Shown: positions 32,732 through 44,075 of the stretch, in pieces | How positions within the stretch are numbered: position 1 is the first letter of the stretch | Layout: every line of letters begins with the position of its first letter | Translations under genes and position numbers: made by a program | Notes under the pieces: model-generated | Database searches by the model: none | What the model was told of the DNA's origin: nothing | What the model saw: the letters and a program-made list of their open reading frames with translations, nothing else | Source of the DNA: Flectonema sp. DT1601 | Taxonomy: Eukaryota | Reading direction: 5' to 3' | DNA length: 64,000 bases | Assembly: GCA_964019425.1 (NCBI GenBank) | Contig: OZ025781.1 | Coordinates: 310,001-374,000, forward strand

Positions 32732-35700
32732 TCACCTTTTCCAAGTAGGTTGACTGGATGATCTGCCAGAGCGACCCTTTTTTTCATCTTTTGGAGGTGT
32801 GAAAAGTGCTCTCAAAACACCTCCAGCTTGTTCTTGAAGTTGCTGTCGCATAAGTTGGGTTCCCAATTCATGAACAGCCTCTCGATCTGATAATTTTGCT
32901 TTAGAAGAAGCAACGATTGCTGGAGGTGATCTGGCTGGTGTGATCGGACTTGGAGCTTCTTGCCAAGCTCCGAAATTATCATCGCTGTCGTAATCGGCGT
33001 CTTCTACTGTTGAATTCTGTTTTACTGTTCCTCCTTTTGAATTCTTACTTGGACGTTTACTCTTAGTCGCTAAGTGTTTTAGCTCAGAGAGTAATAACTC
33101 CTCTTTCTCGTTTTTCAGTGATTGTTCTTTTTCATGTCTGCTATCACGTTGAGCCTTGTCCTGTTTATGTTTTGTTATTATTAAAAAAAAGAAATCCGCA
33201 AAACTTCACTTTTTACTTTCCTACCAACACTTTTGTTTTGTTTGTGCGTAACCTGCTACGAAATCCTAGTAAAGCAATAGGTTAGTTACGTAGCTCACAG
33301 TCAATAGACAAATATTCATACCATAAATAACCTTTCGTAAACCCCGTCTGCATCCTGTCCTTGAACAGGGACACTTGAAGAGCGAGATTTCTGTTGTTTT
33401 TTTTAATTTATATAAATAAGTACCGAAAACGGTATCGATAAAAATAAAAGTAAACAATAAACATACCTTACTATGTTTTTGTTTTAATTCTTGTTGTTGA
33501 TGCTGGTTGAAACTGTGGTAGAGACCTTGTTTCTTCATTTTAGATAAACATATTTTTGTGAATTCATCAGATGACACGAACTCCCTACCAGAAGCTGCGA
33601 GTGACGGTAGGATGCTATTGCGAGTGAGGAGGAGAAGATTTAGAATTTCGGGTTGGTCATGAGGGAAATTCTTTATATTGTGAACGACAGCTGCGATGTC
33701 GCTCAGGGATGCCCTTCCAGTCTGTTTCTGATCGAATAGCGTGAACATATTTATAATATTAAACACTCGATTCCTCTCAGCGAGTTCACGAGTGCGAGAC
33801 CCAAGGTATTGCCCGACGTTTGCAGTTTCTTGTTTCGACAACAAGTCTCTCTCACGAACTTTATTCTTACGCTCATTCTGTTCAGCTGCATCGTAGAATA
33901 AGTACGCAGGTGGAGATGTTGATCGACTTCGTCCAGTTTTTCCAACACTCTGACTTCTACTTTGACTATGAGCACGTTCGGTCATATCGTGCATTTCGAT
34001 GCCCATTCGGGGTCGCATCATTTTCTGTAACCATTGCTGAGTTTCGTGGCTCTTAACAAGAATCTTTTTTGACTTTGGAGCAGGTAATTCATCGCCTATC
34101 TGTTCTAACAACTCTTTTACACCAGCATCACGCTGTTGTTTCATCGCAACACCTCTTCGATAGACACTGTTATGAACTGCTTTGGAACCTTTTTTCCTTC
34201 CGTTGTGAGTCGGAACAAGCAATTCAGAAATCGGATTTATTGACGGTTGGAAAGTACATCCGTTGAGATCAGCATCAGCGTACCTGTCGTAGAGCTGACG
34301 TTTCTTTTCTATGATTCGATTGTGGTGATCTTGATCATCTCTTCTAGTTCTGACTCCAACACCTCTCGCAAAATCTGATATAATCGGGTGATAGCTGTGT
34401 CTTGCTGCGTCCCAGTGTTCATTTTGTTGTTTGTTTCGAGTTGCCCAAATGTCTTTTAGTCTTCTTTTGATATCACCTTGTTCATGCAAACGATCACCTG
34501 CACTACCATAACGTCTTGAAAGAGGAAGGTGTTCCTGAACTACTTTTACAGTATTTTTCCAAGGATCTATATCCGGGGTAAAGGACGTGTTTGGTCCGTT
34601 TTGCTGCTTTTGAGGAGGTACGCTTCTGTTCCGTTGTTCTCTGTGAGAAGAAGCAGTTGGAGGATTCTTGCCTCTGTTCGGAGACGTTGAATACGCTTCT
34701 CGTCTTTGCTGTGGTGATACAGATCTAGATTTTCTAGGCGCCTTATGAGTTTCCTTCACTGCAGGTTTCGTCTTCCAGTTTGTGTATATTTTATTTATAA
34801 TTTTTGCTCTGCACATTCTTTCTTCTAAACTTTGAAATGGAGCTTGGTGTAGCGTACTTGGAACAGGAGCCTCATCGTTACTGGTAACCTGATCGTCATC
34901 GTTGATATGTTCTTCGCTGTATAGTTTTATAGCAAATTGGTCCAAGTCTTTTTGAATTGCTTTTTTTATTTGCTGAGTCGCGGCGCGTTCGTTTCTTGCC
35001 TGAAGCAGTTCATCATAAGGATCAACGTGTCTGTGAATATTATTATGCTCTGCTTCACGTACTCTAGTGATAACCTTACTATCATCACTATAAACTACCT
35101 TTGACATTGCTGGACGAAGGTCAGTCTCTTCCATCGTCTTTGTTAAACTATTTTGAACCATTTTAGGAATTCTCACAGCACTATTAACACCAGTGACGGT
35201 TGCTTGACGTTCTTTAACAATTCTACGGGAAACTACCGGATTATGCGATGAATTCGTGGGTGAAATCTTTTTTACCGGACGTTGTTGTTTTATTGGTTCT
35301 GGTGATGCAGGACTGTCGGTATTGAAATTCATGGGACTCGGAAAATCAACTTCAGATTGGATTTCCGAAGAAGCAACCGACTCAGGTGTCGGTGTCTTAA
35401 TTATTTCTTCTGTCGGTTTATCAATATGTTCTGGTGATACAATTCTAACACTGTTCTCATTTGGAACTGAACCTCGACGTTTGAACGATGAATTAGAAGG
35501 AACAGGTATCAATAAAGGAGACTTCGATATAGTATTAGTAGCTGGTAGTAATACTGATATTGCTGGGGTTGGTTCTGCCGGTATTGTTGATCCACCCGGA
35601 GAGCATCCAGGGGTCATTCCAAATACAGAGAGAGAAGTTGTCGCGTCGTCACTGGTTGGACTATTACCATGAGAGTCACTGCGCGTATCATTAGTTTCCT

Positions 35701-35968
35701 TTGTTATAATTTGACGAGATGATGCTGGTCCTCCGGTCGGTGATGCCATCTGCGAATGAAACGACATACTAGGGCTAGTCTTGTCTAACGTTCCATCTTC
35801 ACTCTCAGAACGAACTACTTCACTGTCCATATTACCTCTTTGAGATCTCGAAAAATGAGATTGCGAGAGGGGATCGAACTGAATGCTATTTGTTGATGTG
35901 TCATCCTCTGAATCAAGATCGAGATCCAAATGACGTCTTCTCGGAAGCTCATCCTCGTCCGACGACAT
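32732..35968 (-). CDS. Large low-complexity/coiled-coil protein with FxPxI repeats and an EF-hand-like motif (cytoskeletal-type); exons 33467-35968, 33322-33390, 32732-33160
   Basis: Introns 33391-33466 and 33161-33321 give ...GVYERLFM|DKAQRDSR... in frame. Repeats SFTPDID, SYHPIIS, TFQPSIN. EF-like MFTLFDQKQTGRASLSDI. A further intron 32673-32735 could move the end to 32663. Confidence 0.7.
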
Positions 35969-36368
35969 GTCTGCCTACTGATTGTGGGAAGTTAACATAA
36001 CAACTAATTGTGAACCCTCCTGGAGTTTAAAAGCAAGTCAGGGGTACGTCAACTACCTGAAGTCTCATTTCACTGAACTGAACAAATCAAATAATAATAA
36101 TGAAAAATCAAAAAAAAAAAATTTTTCATTAATTTTTTTAGTTTCGAAAATCGCTGTATTAAAATATTTTTTTTATTATTATTATTATTAATATCATGTT
36201 TTAGTGCATACACACACACAACCGATACATTGGTACCGATCAAGGAGGTTAAGCAACCATAAACCATTCAATAAGTTAATTAGCAGTGTTGCCTGCTTCA
36301 GTCAGTCAATGTAGTCTATTCTGACTATGAGTTGGATTGTCGTTCTTTAGAGCTGTCTTCAGAAATTA

Positions 36369-36617
36369 TTAAGTCCGCCATCTGTCACCTATTTCTTCAT
36401 ATCCCATTTCTAAATAAACCTCACGAGGTTCTTTTGACTTCTTCGTCCTTAGTGATCGTTTTGTTATAAAGAAAACTGTTCCAACGATTCCCAACAACAC
36501 ACAACCACTCACATAAACAAGTTGAGTCTGAGCTGTCGCCGATATGTCTTCAGCCGCGACAACACTTGTCGACAACACGACTGTTAGTAAAGCAGTTGAG
36601 GAGAGTGATAATTTCAT
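36369..36617 (-). CDS. 82-aa type I membrane microprotein
   Basis: Signal peptide ending VVA-A, about 10-aa ectodomain, TM LVYVSGCVLLGIVGTVFFI, basic cytosolic tail. Same strand as all other genes. Confidence 0.6.
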   Translation of the reverse strand: MKLSLSSTALLTVVLSTSVVAAEDISATAQTQLVYVSGCVLLGIVGTVFFITKRSLRTKKSKEPREVYLEMGYEEIGDRWRT

Positions 36618-37009
36618 ATTAGTTTGTTATAAGTATTAATTGGGTGGGTCATTGCTGAGAAAAATAAAACTAAAAAAAAAAACACCATTATCTTACAACA
36701 CCCAACAAGTTAAAACAGGTTTACCGCTTTTATTATAATTATATCTGATGAAAGGGGTTAAAGTAACATTATGATCATGAATATTATCATTGTCGACCAG
36801 TAGATCTGGTTTTCAAATTGGCTTGCTGGACCACAACATAGGGTCAGCTGGCAGCAAAAAAAAACGGGGACGAAAAGAAAAAAAAAACAATAACTAATGC
36901 CACAGTGTGCTTACACGTAAATGGGATGAGTAAAACCTTTTGGGAGGGGGGTTTCACCAAAAAAATTCGTTGTTTTTTTTTTTGTGATCAATAAGACACT
37001 AACAGGAAC

Positions 37010-38350
37010 TTAGAAGTTCTTGTGTCCAAGGAACGTGTTTACCATGGCAAGGGCGTTTTGTGGCTGGTCAGCTGGGACCATGTGTCCAGCGTTGTGCATC
37101 TGAAGGAAGGTAAAGTTCTGAGCGGTACGTGCAATACCAGCCTGGGTTCCGGCAACGCTCCATGGGTGGTCCTTTGCTGCGTTGAAGGCGGTCTTACCTG
37201 CCCATGGAAGAGCAAGAGTCCAGGCCTTGTTTCCGAGCCAGTTACAGATAAAGTCAACCTCTCCAGCGTAGATCAAAACTCTAATTCCGTTTGCCAACAA
37301 GTCAGGGATCTGGTTCTGGTAGTTCTTCATCCAGTCAGCAGCAAACTGACGGTTGACGTTGAAGTTACATGATTCCCACTTGGCGTTAACTCCTAAAGCT
37401 TGTTGAGTAGTCTTTGAGTTCAAGTAAGTATCAATGTTTGACATATCATAACAAAGTGGAGGAACAGCACACTTAATTCTGATGTCGTATGGGTTCATTC
37501 CAGTCTGGGAGTATGGGGAGATCTCAGCGGCGTTGCACTTCTCCTGGGCGAACTCACAGCTGAGGGCACTTCCTCCGTTGTTGCACTTAGTGATAGCAGC
37601 AATGCATGATGGGACAGCGTTCTGCATCTGCTGGTAGGCATCAAGAGTGACGACTGGGTGACCCTGGTAGGCCTGGGAGAAGTTGTAGGCGAGTTGTCCG
37701 TAGTAGTTGTACTGAATCTCTGGGTCAGTAAGACCGTTACCAACACCAAGACCAGAAAGGTTAATTCTAATTCCTTCTCCTGACTTCATTCCTTCCCAAA
37801 CACGGTGAGCGGTGGCAGGAGCGTAGTGTCCTCCGTATGACTCTCCGAAGATGTAGAACTCAGTGTTCCAGTCTGGGTGGTCCTTGAAGAGAGCCTGAAG
37901 GAACTGGTACATGTCCTCAGCGACACCCTTCTCGTCCTTGTCATCCATAACACCAGTAGAGAAACCAACTCCAGCAGGTTGATCAATGTAGATCAAGTTA
38001 GCGTTGCTGTTCCATGAGAAAGGGTTTGGAGTGGTGTCAGTTCCTTCCTTGTTTACGTGACATGGACCGTTCTCGTAGAACAAGGCAACTTCGGAGCTGC
38101 ATCCTGGTCCACCAGTCATCCACAAGATGGTTTTGGTGTCCTTGGTGGCGTTTCTTGCGCTGAAGGCCCAGTAGAAGTAATCCTTCTTACCGCTGTCAAT
38201 GCTGTAGCTTCCAGCGTACTGCTTAACATTCTTATCACAGATGGTTGGGTTAACGGTGTTGATTAACTCACCAGTGTGGTCCTCTCCTCTGAAGCTCCAT
38301 TGGTTGGCTGCGACCGCCGCAGCGGTCATCATCATCGAAACAGCTTGCAT
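37010..38350 (-). CDS. Serine carboxypeptidase (peptidase S10, CBP1/carboxypeptidase Y-like)
   Basis: Motifs WMTGGPGCSS, IDQPAGVGFS, GESYGGHY (catalytic Ser), GEVDFICN (Asp), AGHMVPADQP (His). Signal-like N-terminus. Confidence 0.96.
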   Translation of the reverse strand: MQAVSMMMTAAAVAANQWSFRGEDHTGELINTVNPTICDKNVKQYAGSYSIDSGKKDYFYWAFSARNATKDTKTILWMTGGPGCSSEVALFYENGPCHVNKEGTDTTPNPFSWNSNANLIYIDQPAGVGFSTGVMDDKDEKGVAEDMYQFLQALFKDHPDWNTEFYIFGESYGGHYAPATAHRVWEGMKSGEGIRINLSGLGVGNGLTDPEIQYNYYGQLAYNFSQAYQGHPVVTLDAYQQMQNAVPSCIAAITKCNNGGSALSCEFAQEKCNAAEISPYSQTGMNPYDIRIKCAVPPLCYDMSNIDTYLNSKTTQQALGVNAKWESCNFNVNRQFAADWMKNYQNQIPDLLANGIRVLIYAGEVDFICNWLGNKAWTLALPWAGKTAFNAAKDHPWSVAGTQAGIARTAQNFTFLQMHNAGHMVPADQPQNALAMVNTFLGHKNF

Positions 38351-38631
38351 TTTAGATAAAAGATCTGTTTGGTAAATAAGAATCAACAAACTCCATAAAA
38401 TATCGAATCACATGAATTGCCACACCATTCGAATTCAAGATTATATGCTAATTACTGATAAAAGGAAATATATTTTATTTTTTACTTGTGAAATGTTGCT
38501 AACATATTTTATTTGATTGGGAATGGGATACGGGAGCTCTCAACTAGAAAAAAGAAAACCAGAAAAGCATGAAAAGTGAACATATTTTGTATTGGGGAAT
38601 AATACAACTGAACACACACACGCCACCCAGC

Positions 38632-39388
38632 TTAACGGTATCTCCAGAATCTGACGACGTTGTGTCTTTTCCAAACAGCTCTGGCACTCGGTCTGAACTG
38701 GTTGGCCTTGTGTCCCTTGTGACGAAGACCACGGTGCTTACGTCCAGCGCTGGTCAATCCTCTGGCTTCACGTCTCTTGTGGACAGACTTAGCGATCCAG
38801 TTGATTCTTGGGTCTCTTCTGATTGATGGAGCAGCAGTGTTAATACAGATGACTTCATACCACTTGAAGGTACCATCACTGTTTACCCAGTAAGAGTTCA
38901 ATACTCTCAAGGATCCAATAGCACGGCCAACCTTCTCTTCAGCGATAGACTGAATGTTCTTCTTGTTCTTCAACTGATTAACACCAGCAGTCTTTGGCTT
39001 ACCGTAACAGATACCTCTGTGAGCTGGTCTCTTACGTCCTCCACGACGGATCTGTTGTTTTGTTGAATTTGTAATTCGAGGGAGAGGTCCAAATAAGAAA
39101 GTGATAACTTATAATATTATGAATGGGTTGGTATCTTAATCCAAATATGAAAGACGAGTGCCTTAACAGAAATAAATAGAAAAGATCACATACACGAATA
39201 CGGAAGACGCTGTACCCATCCTTACGCTTGTAACCCATACGACGTGCCTTCTCTGGTCTAGTTGGGTGAGGAACTCTAATCAGACGCTTCTGATGACGGT
39301 ACTCCCAGCATCTGACACGCTGAAGGAATCGAAGCACGTCAGACTGCTTCTTCTTCCATACCTCGTTCATGTAGGTATAAGCTCCCAT
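38632..39388 (-). CDS. RPL15: 60S ribosomal protein L15 (eL15), copy 1; exons 39194-39388, 38632-39051
   Basis: MGAY...[11 protein letters not shown]...RRGGRKRP...LRVLNSYWV...RGLTSAGRK. Removing intron 39052-39193 (GTATGT...CAACAG) gives the canonical 204 aa. Confidence 0.98.
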
Positions 39389-39643
39389 CTTGAGATCTCT
39401 GAAAGGGGAAATGGTAAAGTTATTTTGCAACTTTCAAACACGTTTACAAACAGTAATACAAAGAAGGCTAAACTCACTACGATACGTGACTGCAATCAAC
39501 TCAAACAGTAGTTCCCGAGGATTAACATATTTTAGGTTTTCTTTGCATTGAATTGGTATTTAATTGATGAAGACTTGTGGGGTATAAAGTTAAACTTTTT
39601 GTTTAACAATGATTAAAAATATTGAATAAAAAAAAGCAAATAA

Positions 39644-39672
39644 CGGAGGGAAGCTCGCAAGCCTCCCATCCG
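39644..39672 (-). promoter_or_regulatory. 3'-UTR stem-loop of RPL15 copy 2
   Basis: CGGA-U-GGGAGGCU-UGCG-AGCUUCCC-UCCG, 12 bp including one G-U pair, which favours the minus strand. Identical in copy 3. Confidence 0.5.
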
Positions 39673-39688
39673 GTTGTCGACACCCAGC

Positions 39689-40474
39689 TTAACGGTATCT
39701 CCAGAATCTGACGACGTTGTGTCTTTTCCAAACAGCTCTGGCACTCGGTCTGAACTGGTTGGCCTTGTGTCCCTTGTGACGAAGACCACGGTGCTTACGT
39801 CCAGCGCTGGTCAATCCTCTGGCTTCACGTCTCTTGTGGACAGACTTAGCGATCCAGTTGATTCTTGGGTCTCTTCTGATTGATGGAGCAGCAGTGTTAA
39901 TACAGATGACTTCATACCACTTGAAGGTACCATCACTGTTTACCCAGTAAGAGTTCAATACTCTCAAGGATCCAATAGCACGGCCAACCTTCTCTTCAGC
40001 GATAGACTGAATGTTCTTCTTGTTCTTCAACTGGTTAACACCAGCAGTCTTTGGCTTACCGTAACAGATACCTCTGTGAGCTGGTCTCTTACGTCCTCCA
40101 CGACGGATCTGTTGTTTTGTGTTTTATCCTCTTAAAGAAAGATTCCTTTTGGTTGCATTCCCTTCTGGGGAAACAAAATATAAATCAACCAAGTGTGTTG
40201 GATTACTATGATAAGGTTCAACTCAACTACTGGTATCACACATTAGATTTATTATTCAAAGCAGATTGTAATCACATACACGAATACGGAAGACGCTGTA
40301 CCCATCCTTACGCTTGTAACCCATACGACGTGCCTTCTCTGGTCTAGTTGGGTGAGGAACTCTAATCAGACGCTTCTGATGACGGTACTCCCAGCATCTG
40401 ACACGCTGAAGGAATCGAAGCACGTCAGACTGCTTCTTCTTCCATACCTCGTTCATGTAGGTGTAGGCTCCCAT
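39689..40474 (-). CDS. RPL15: 60S ribosomal protein L15 (eL15), copy 2; exons 40280-40474, 39689-40108
   Basis: Same 204-aa protein as copy 1; intron 40109-40279. Confidence 0.98.
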
Positions 40475-40770
40475 TTTGGTGACAACCTGATGGGAAAGTG
40501 ATGTGATAAAGTTAGAGTAAAGCTAAAAATTACAACACAAAGAAACTGACCTCATCGATGGCGAAACCGTATCCCCTCCCTACTGCAGAGAGCAGCACAA
40601 AGTTCAGTAATATTATGCATGAGTTTCCCTTTATGAAGTAATGTTATGTATTCTTGTGTTCACTAAGTCGAACGATATGATTTGGTAGCCACTCAACTAC
40701 TGTTGTCCCAAAGGGATGATCCAGTAACTGACTTTGCTAAAAGAAAAATTGAATGAAAAAAAGCAAATAA

Positions 40771-40799
40771 CGGAGGGAAGCTCGCAAGCCTCCCATCCG
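40771..40799 (-). promoter_or_regulatory. 3'-UTR stem-loop of RPL15 copy 3
   Basis: Identical to 39644-39672. Confidence 0.5.
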
Positions 40800-40815
40800 G
40801 TTGTCGACACCCAGC

Positions 40816-41534
40816 TTAACGGTATCTCCAGAATCTGACGACGTTGTGTCTTTTCCAAACAGCTCTGGCACTCGGTCTGAACTGGTTGGCCTTGTGTCCC
40901 TTGTGACGAAGACCACGGTGCTTACGTCCAGCGCTGGTCAATCCTCTGGCTTCACGTCTCTTGTGGACAGACTTGGCGATCCAGTTGATTCTTGGGTCTC
41001 TTCTGATTGATGGAGCAGCAGTGTTAATACAAATGACTTCATACCACTTGAAGGTACCATCACTGTTTACCCAGTAAGAGTTCAATACTCTCAAGGATCC
41101 AATAGCACGGCCAACCTTCTCTTCAGCGATAGACTGAATGTTCTTCTTGTTCTTCAACTGGTTAACACCAGCAGTCTTTGGCTTACCGTAACAGATACCT
41201 CTGTGAGCTGGTCTCTTACGTCCTCCACGACGGATCTGTTGTTTTGTTGAATTTGTAATTCGAGGGAGGTCCAAATAAGAAAGTGATTTATATAAAGGGA
41301 TTATAAATATGAATGCCCCCAACAGAAATAAACACATACACGGATACGGAAGACGCTGTACCCATCCTTACGCTTGTAACCCATACGACGTGCCTTCTCT
41401 GGTCTAGTTGGGTGAGGAACTCTAATCAGACGCTTCTGATGACGGTACTCCCAGCATCTGACACGCTGAAGGAATCGAAGCACGTCAGACTGCTTCTTCT
41501 TCCATACCTCGTTCATGTAGGTGTAGGCTCCCAT
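40816..41534 (-). CDS. RPL15: 60S ribosomal protein L15 (eL15), copy 3; exons 41340-41534, 40816-41235
   Basis: Same 204-aa protein as copy 1; intron 41236-41339. Confidence 0.98.
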
Positions 41535-41807
41535 TTTGGTGACAACCTGGTGGGAAAGTGATGTGATAAAGTTAGAAGATTGCAACGACTAAAATAATTA
41601 AACAAAACACAAAACCACCAACAACATCTACCAGTAGATTTTGAGAACTAATTTAATATAAAATAATATCAACACGAGAACAGAGGTCACAAAAAACTGT
41701 TCAGTAAGTACAGGTTAACGCTCAACACTAATTAACTTACTGTAACTTTTATTTATTTTTTTTTTTTTTTTTCGATTGTATGATCAACAAGCTGATACAA
41801 ATCTCTT

Positions 41808-43859
41808 CTATGCAGACGCCGCCTTCAAAACATCGATTGTGCTCATACCAGGAAGCAACATACCAACGAGTTGCTTTGGTGGCGCAGAACCCCCCCTGGC
41901 CATGATTGATTTGAGCTTCTCTCCAGCCTCACGTGAGAATGGATCAGTTTCAAAGTATTTTTTCCAAATAGCAGATGCATATATTCTGCTAAAGGTATAA
42001 GAATAATACGTTCCTGGATATGTCACGAGATGCTGATCAACGAAGTTACGACGGACTCCAAGTTCAGTAATTCGAATAGGAGTGAGAGAGTCTCCTATCA
42101 ATTGACGTAATTTGAGGGGACGATCAAACCCTTCAGGGACCTCTACTGATAAGATATTCTCTTTATCATTTGGATCAAGTGTAAAGTACTTCAGAGGTCT
42201 TGGTCCATGATAAGTCAAATCAACCAAAGCATTTACAATTTCATCAAGTTGCGTTAGACTTCCAAACGAAGCTTCTAAGTCAAGCATCCTGTCGCATAGT
42301 TCTTTTGGTATTGGTAACCCTGTCTCGTGGTGTGTTGCCCAACGACGTAATGAGCGATAATCTCTTGCGTATATTTCTGTTATTTGTGAGAATATTTCTA
42401 CATAGTCTGAAGTACTTCTCGTACCTGACAGAGACTGGTATCTCGTCTGTCCTAACAGTGAATGAATACAATGTCCGAACTCATGAAAAACTGTCACTAC
42501 TTCGTGTGCAGCCAATAAAACAGTATTCCAGTCATGAAGTACTTTCCTTTTTTCTTCAATGTGCATACGAGGGTCAAGTTCTGCGAATGCACCTTCACAG
42601 TCGCAGCTAAAGATAACTATTGGAGATAATTTATTATTAGTTGGAAGGACGATGTCCAAATCTCCAGCTACGAACTCGTCAAATTCGGAACCAACCTGCA
42701 CCGTGTAGTGACCTGAACCCACTGGCTTACCTTCTCTCTTAAACATGTCAGCGTATAAGGTGCCGACTAGTTTTCGGGATTCGCTTTCTTTGCGTGGGAT
42801 GGTGTAGATTTCGAATTTTTGAAGGTTTTTGTCGTATTTTTCATGCAATCTCATGTCAGCCTTCTCCATTGTGAGACCGAATAGTTCAGAAATCATTAAC
42901 TCAAGTCCCTTCCAAACATTTGCTACTGACAAGTATTGTTTTACCTCGTCTTCGACTCCTTTGAAATCACGATTGCGAATAACAGAAAACAAATCCCTCT
43001 TTTCGAAATCCGTTATGTCATAGTCTTCTCTGTCGGGAGTGAGATTCGCATTGGTAACTTTTTTTTTAAAATCAGAGAGTTGAGACACCTCCTCCCTAGC
43101 AGAGTCTTGAAGGCTATCAGCCAGCGATAAAAGAACTTTCCAAACCTCAATTGGATCATCAGCCAGAGTATTAACCATAGACCATGTTATGTAACTATCG
43201 TATCCCATAGTTTCAGCCAACTCATGCCTAACTTCGATCAGATCTCCTATTTGGGCTTCAGGATCTTGAACGATTGTACTCTCCTGAGCACCCAGAATCT
43301 CGTTAACCTTTCTCTCTTTGTCGCTTAAAAGAGCTGCTGCTAATTTTGCTTTTGCAGGAGGTAAGGAAAGTCCCACAGACTCCATTTCCTGTTTCAGCAT
43401 TGAAACGTAGTATTTCTGATCTGCTTCTAAGCCATCCCAAATGTCAGTATCAGTCAATCTAACGACGTGTTTGTACAGACTTCTATCAGTATTTAAAGAC
43501 GCCATGTACTTGTCGGTGTAGTCAAATGCTTGTATTGCTTGTCCTTTGAATTCCTCTCTAGGATGGATGGACCTTACAACTTCTGAAGCATCTAACGACA
43601 TGCATAAAAGACAACTTATTGAATCAATCATACTGAGGGCTCTGACAGGATTGCTGAACGCATTCGTTTCCAACGCTGCTGCTACTTCAGAGCAAAGCTC
43701 AACTGCTGTTTCTGCTTTGAATAAAAGAGTTCTTGGGGATCTTAAAAAAACTAAATCTTCACTAGACCGGAGGTACATTCTCGGGTCTCTATCTCCTCCA
43801 GCTTCCGCACCAACCACACAATATCTACGGGTTGCCTGTAATCGCAAGAGGCGCAACAT
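41808..43859 (-). CDS. MIP: Mitochondrial intermediate peptidase (M3 metallopeptidase)
   Basis: Presequence MLRLLRLQATRRY. Motifs FHEFGHCIH (HExxH), SGTRSTSDYVE, YYSYTFSRIYA, DPFSREAGEK. Confidence 0.92.
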   Translation of the reverse strand: MLRLLRLQATRRYCVVGAEAGGDRDPRMYLRSSEDLVFLRSPRTLLFKAETAVELCSEVAAALETNAFSNPVRALSMIDSISCLLCMSLDASEVVRSIHPREEFKGQAIQAFDYTDKYMASLNTDRSLYKHVVRLTDTDIWDGLEADQKYYVSMLKQEMESVGLSLPPAKAKLAAALLSDKERKVNEILGAQESTIVQDPEAQIGDLIEVRHELAETMGYDSYITWSMVNTLADDPIEVWKVLLSLADSLQDSAREEVSQLSDFKKKVTNANLTPDREDYDITDFEKRDLFSVIRNRDFKGVEDEVKQYLSVANVWKGLELMISELFGLTMEKADMRLHEKYDKNLQKFEIYTIPRKESESRKLVGTLYADMFKREGKPVGSGHYTVQVGSEFDEFVAGDLDIVLPTNNKLSPIVIFSCDCEGAFAELDPRMHIEEKRKVLHDWNTVLLAAHEVVTVFHEFGHCIHSLLGQTRYQSLSGTRSTSDYVEIFSQITEIYARDYRSLRRWATHHETGLPIPKELCDRMLDLEASFGSLTQLDEIVNALVDLTYHGPRPLKYFTLDPNDKENILSVEVPEGFDRPLKLRQLIGDSLTPIRITELGVRRNFVDQHLVTYPGTYYSYTFSRIYASAIWKKYFETDPFSREAGEKLKSIMARGGSAPPKQLVGMLLPGMSTIDVLKAASA

Positions 43860-44075
43860 GTTTCTTTTTACTTTTTTGATATGATTTCTGATTGAAAAAA
43901 AAAGTTCACAAACTAAAAGAATAAGATTTTAGATAAAGCAAGTAGTTCGACGGTTTTCAAGGGTCGTTCTCATTAGTGGCAACGACTGTAGTAGAAAAGG
44001 GTACTAATGTCTTACAACAGGAAAATAAAAAATAAGAAATCCTATCCAACAATAAATAGGATATATGGTTTCTTA

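Noticed and set aside
33225..33265. Internal 41-nt exon (TAG...GTAGGA) within intron 33161-33321
   Set aside because: Inclusion shifts the frame to an early stop, while skipping gives a natural continuous frame. It remains possible only as a poison exon.
40221..40702. Shared 12-mer ACTCAACTACTG at 40221 and 40691
   Set aside because: A single short match without flanking similarity or box motifs; cannot be distinguished from chance or a duplication remnant.
39052..41339. Intronic snoRNAs in the RPL15 introns
   Set aside because: No C box/D box pair and no convincing hairpin + AGA/ACA. The introns are not conserved across all three copies.
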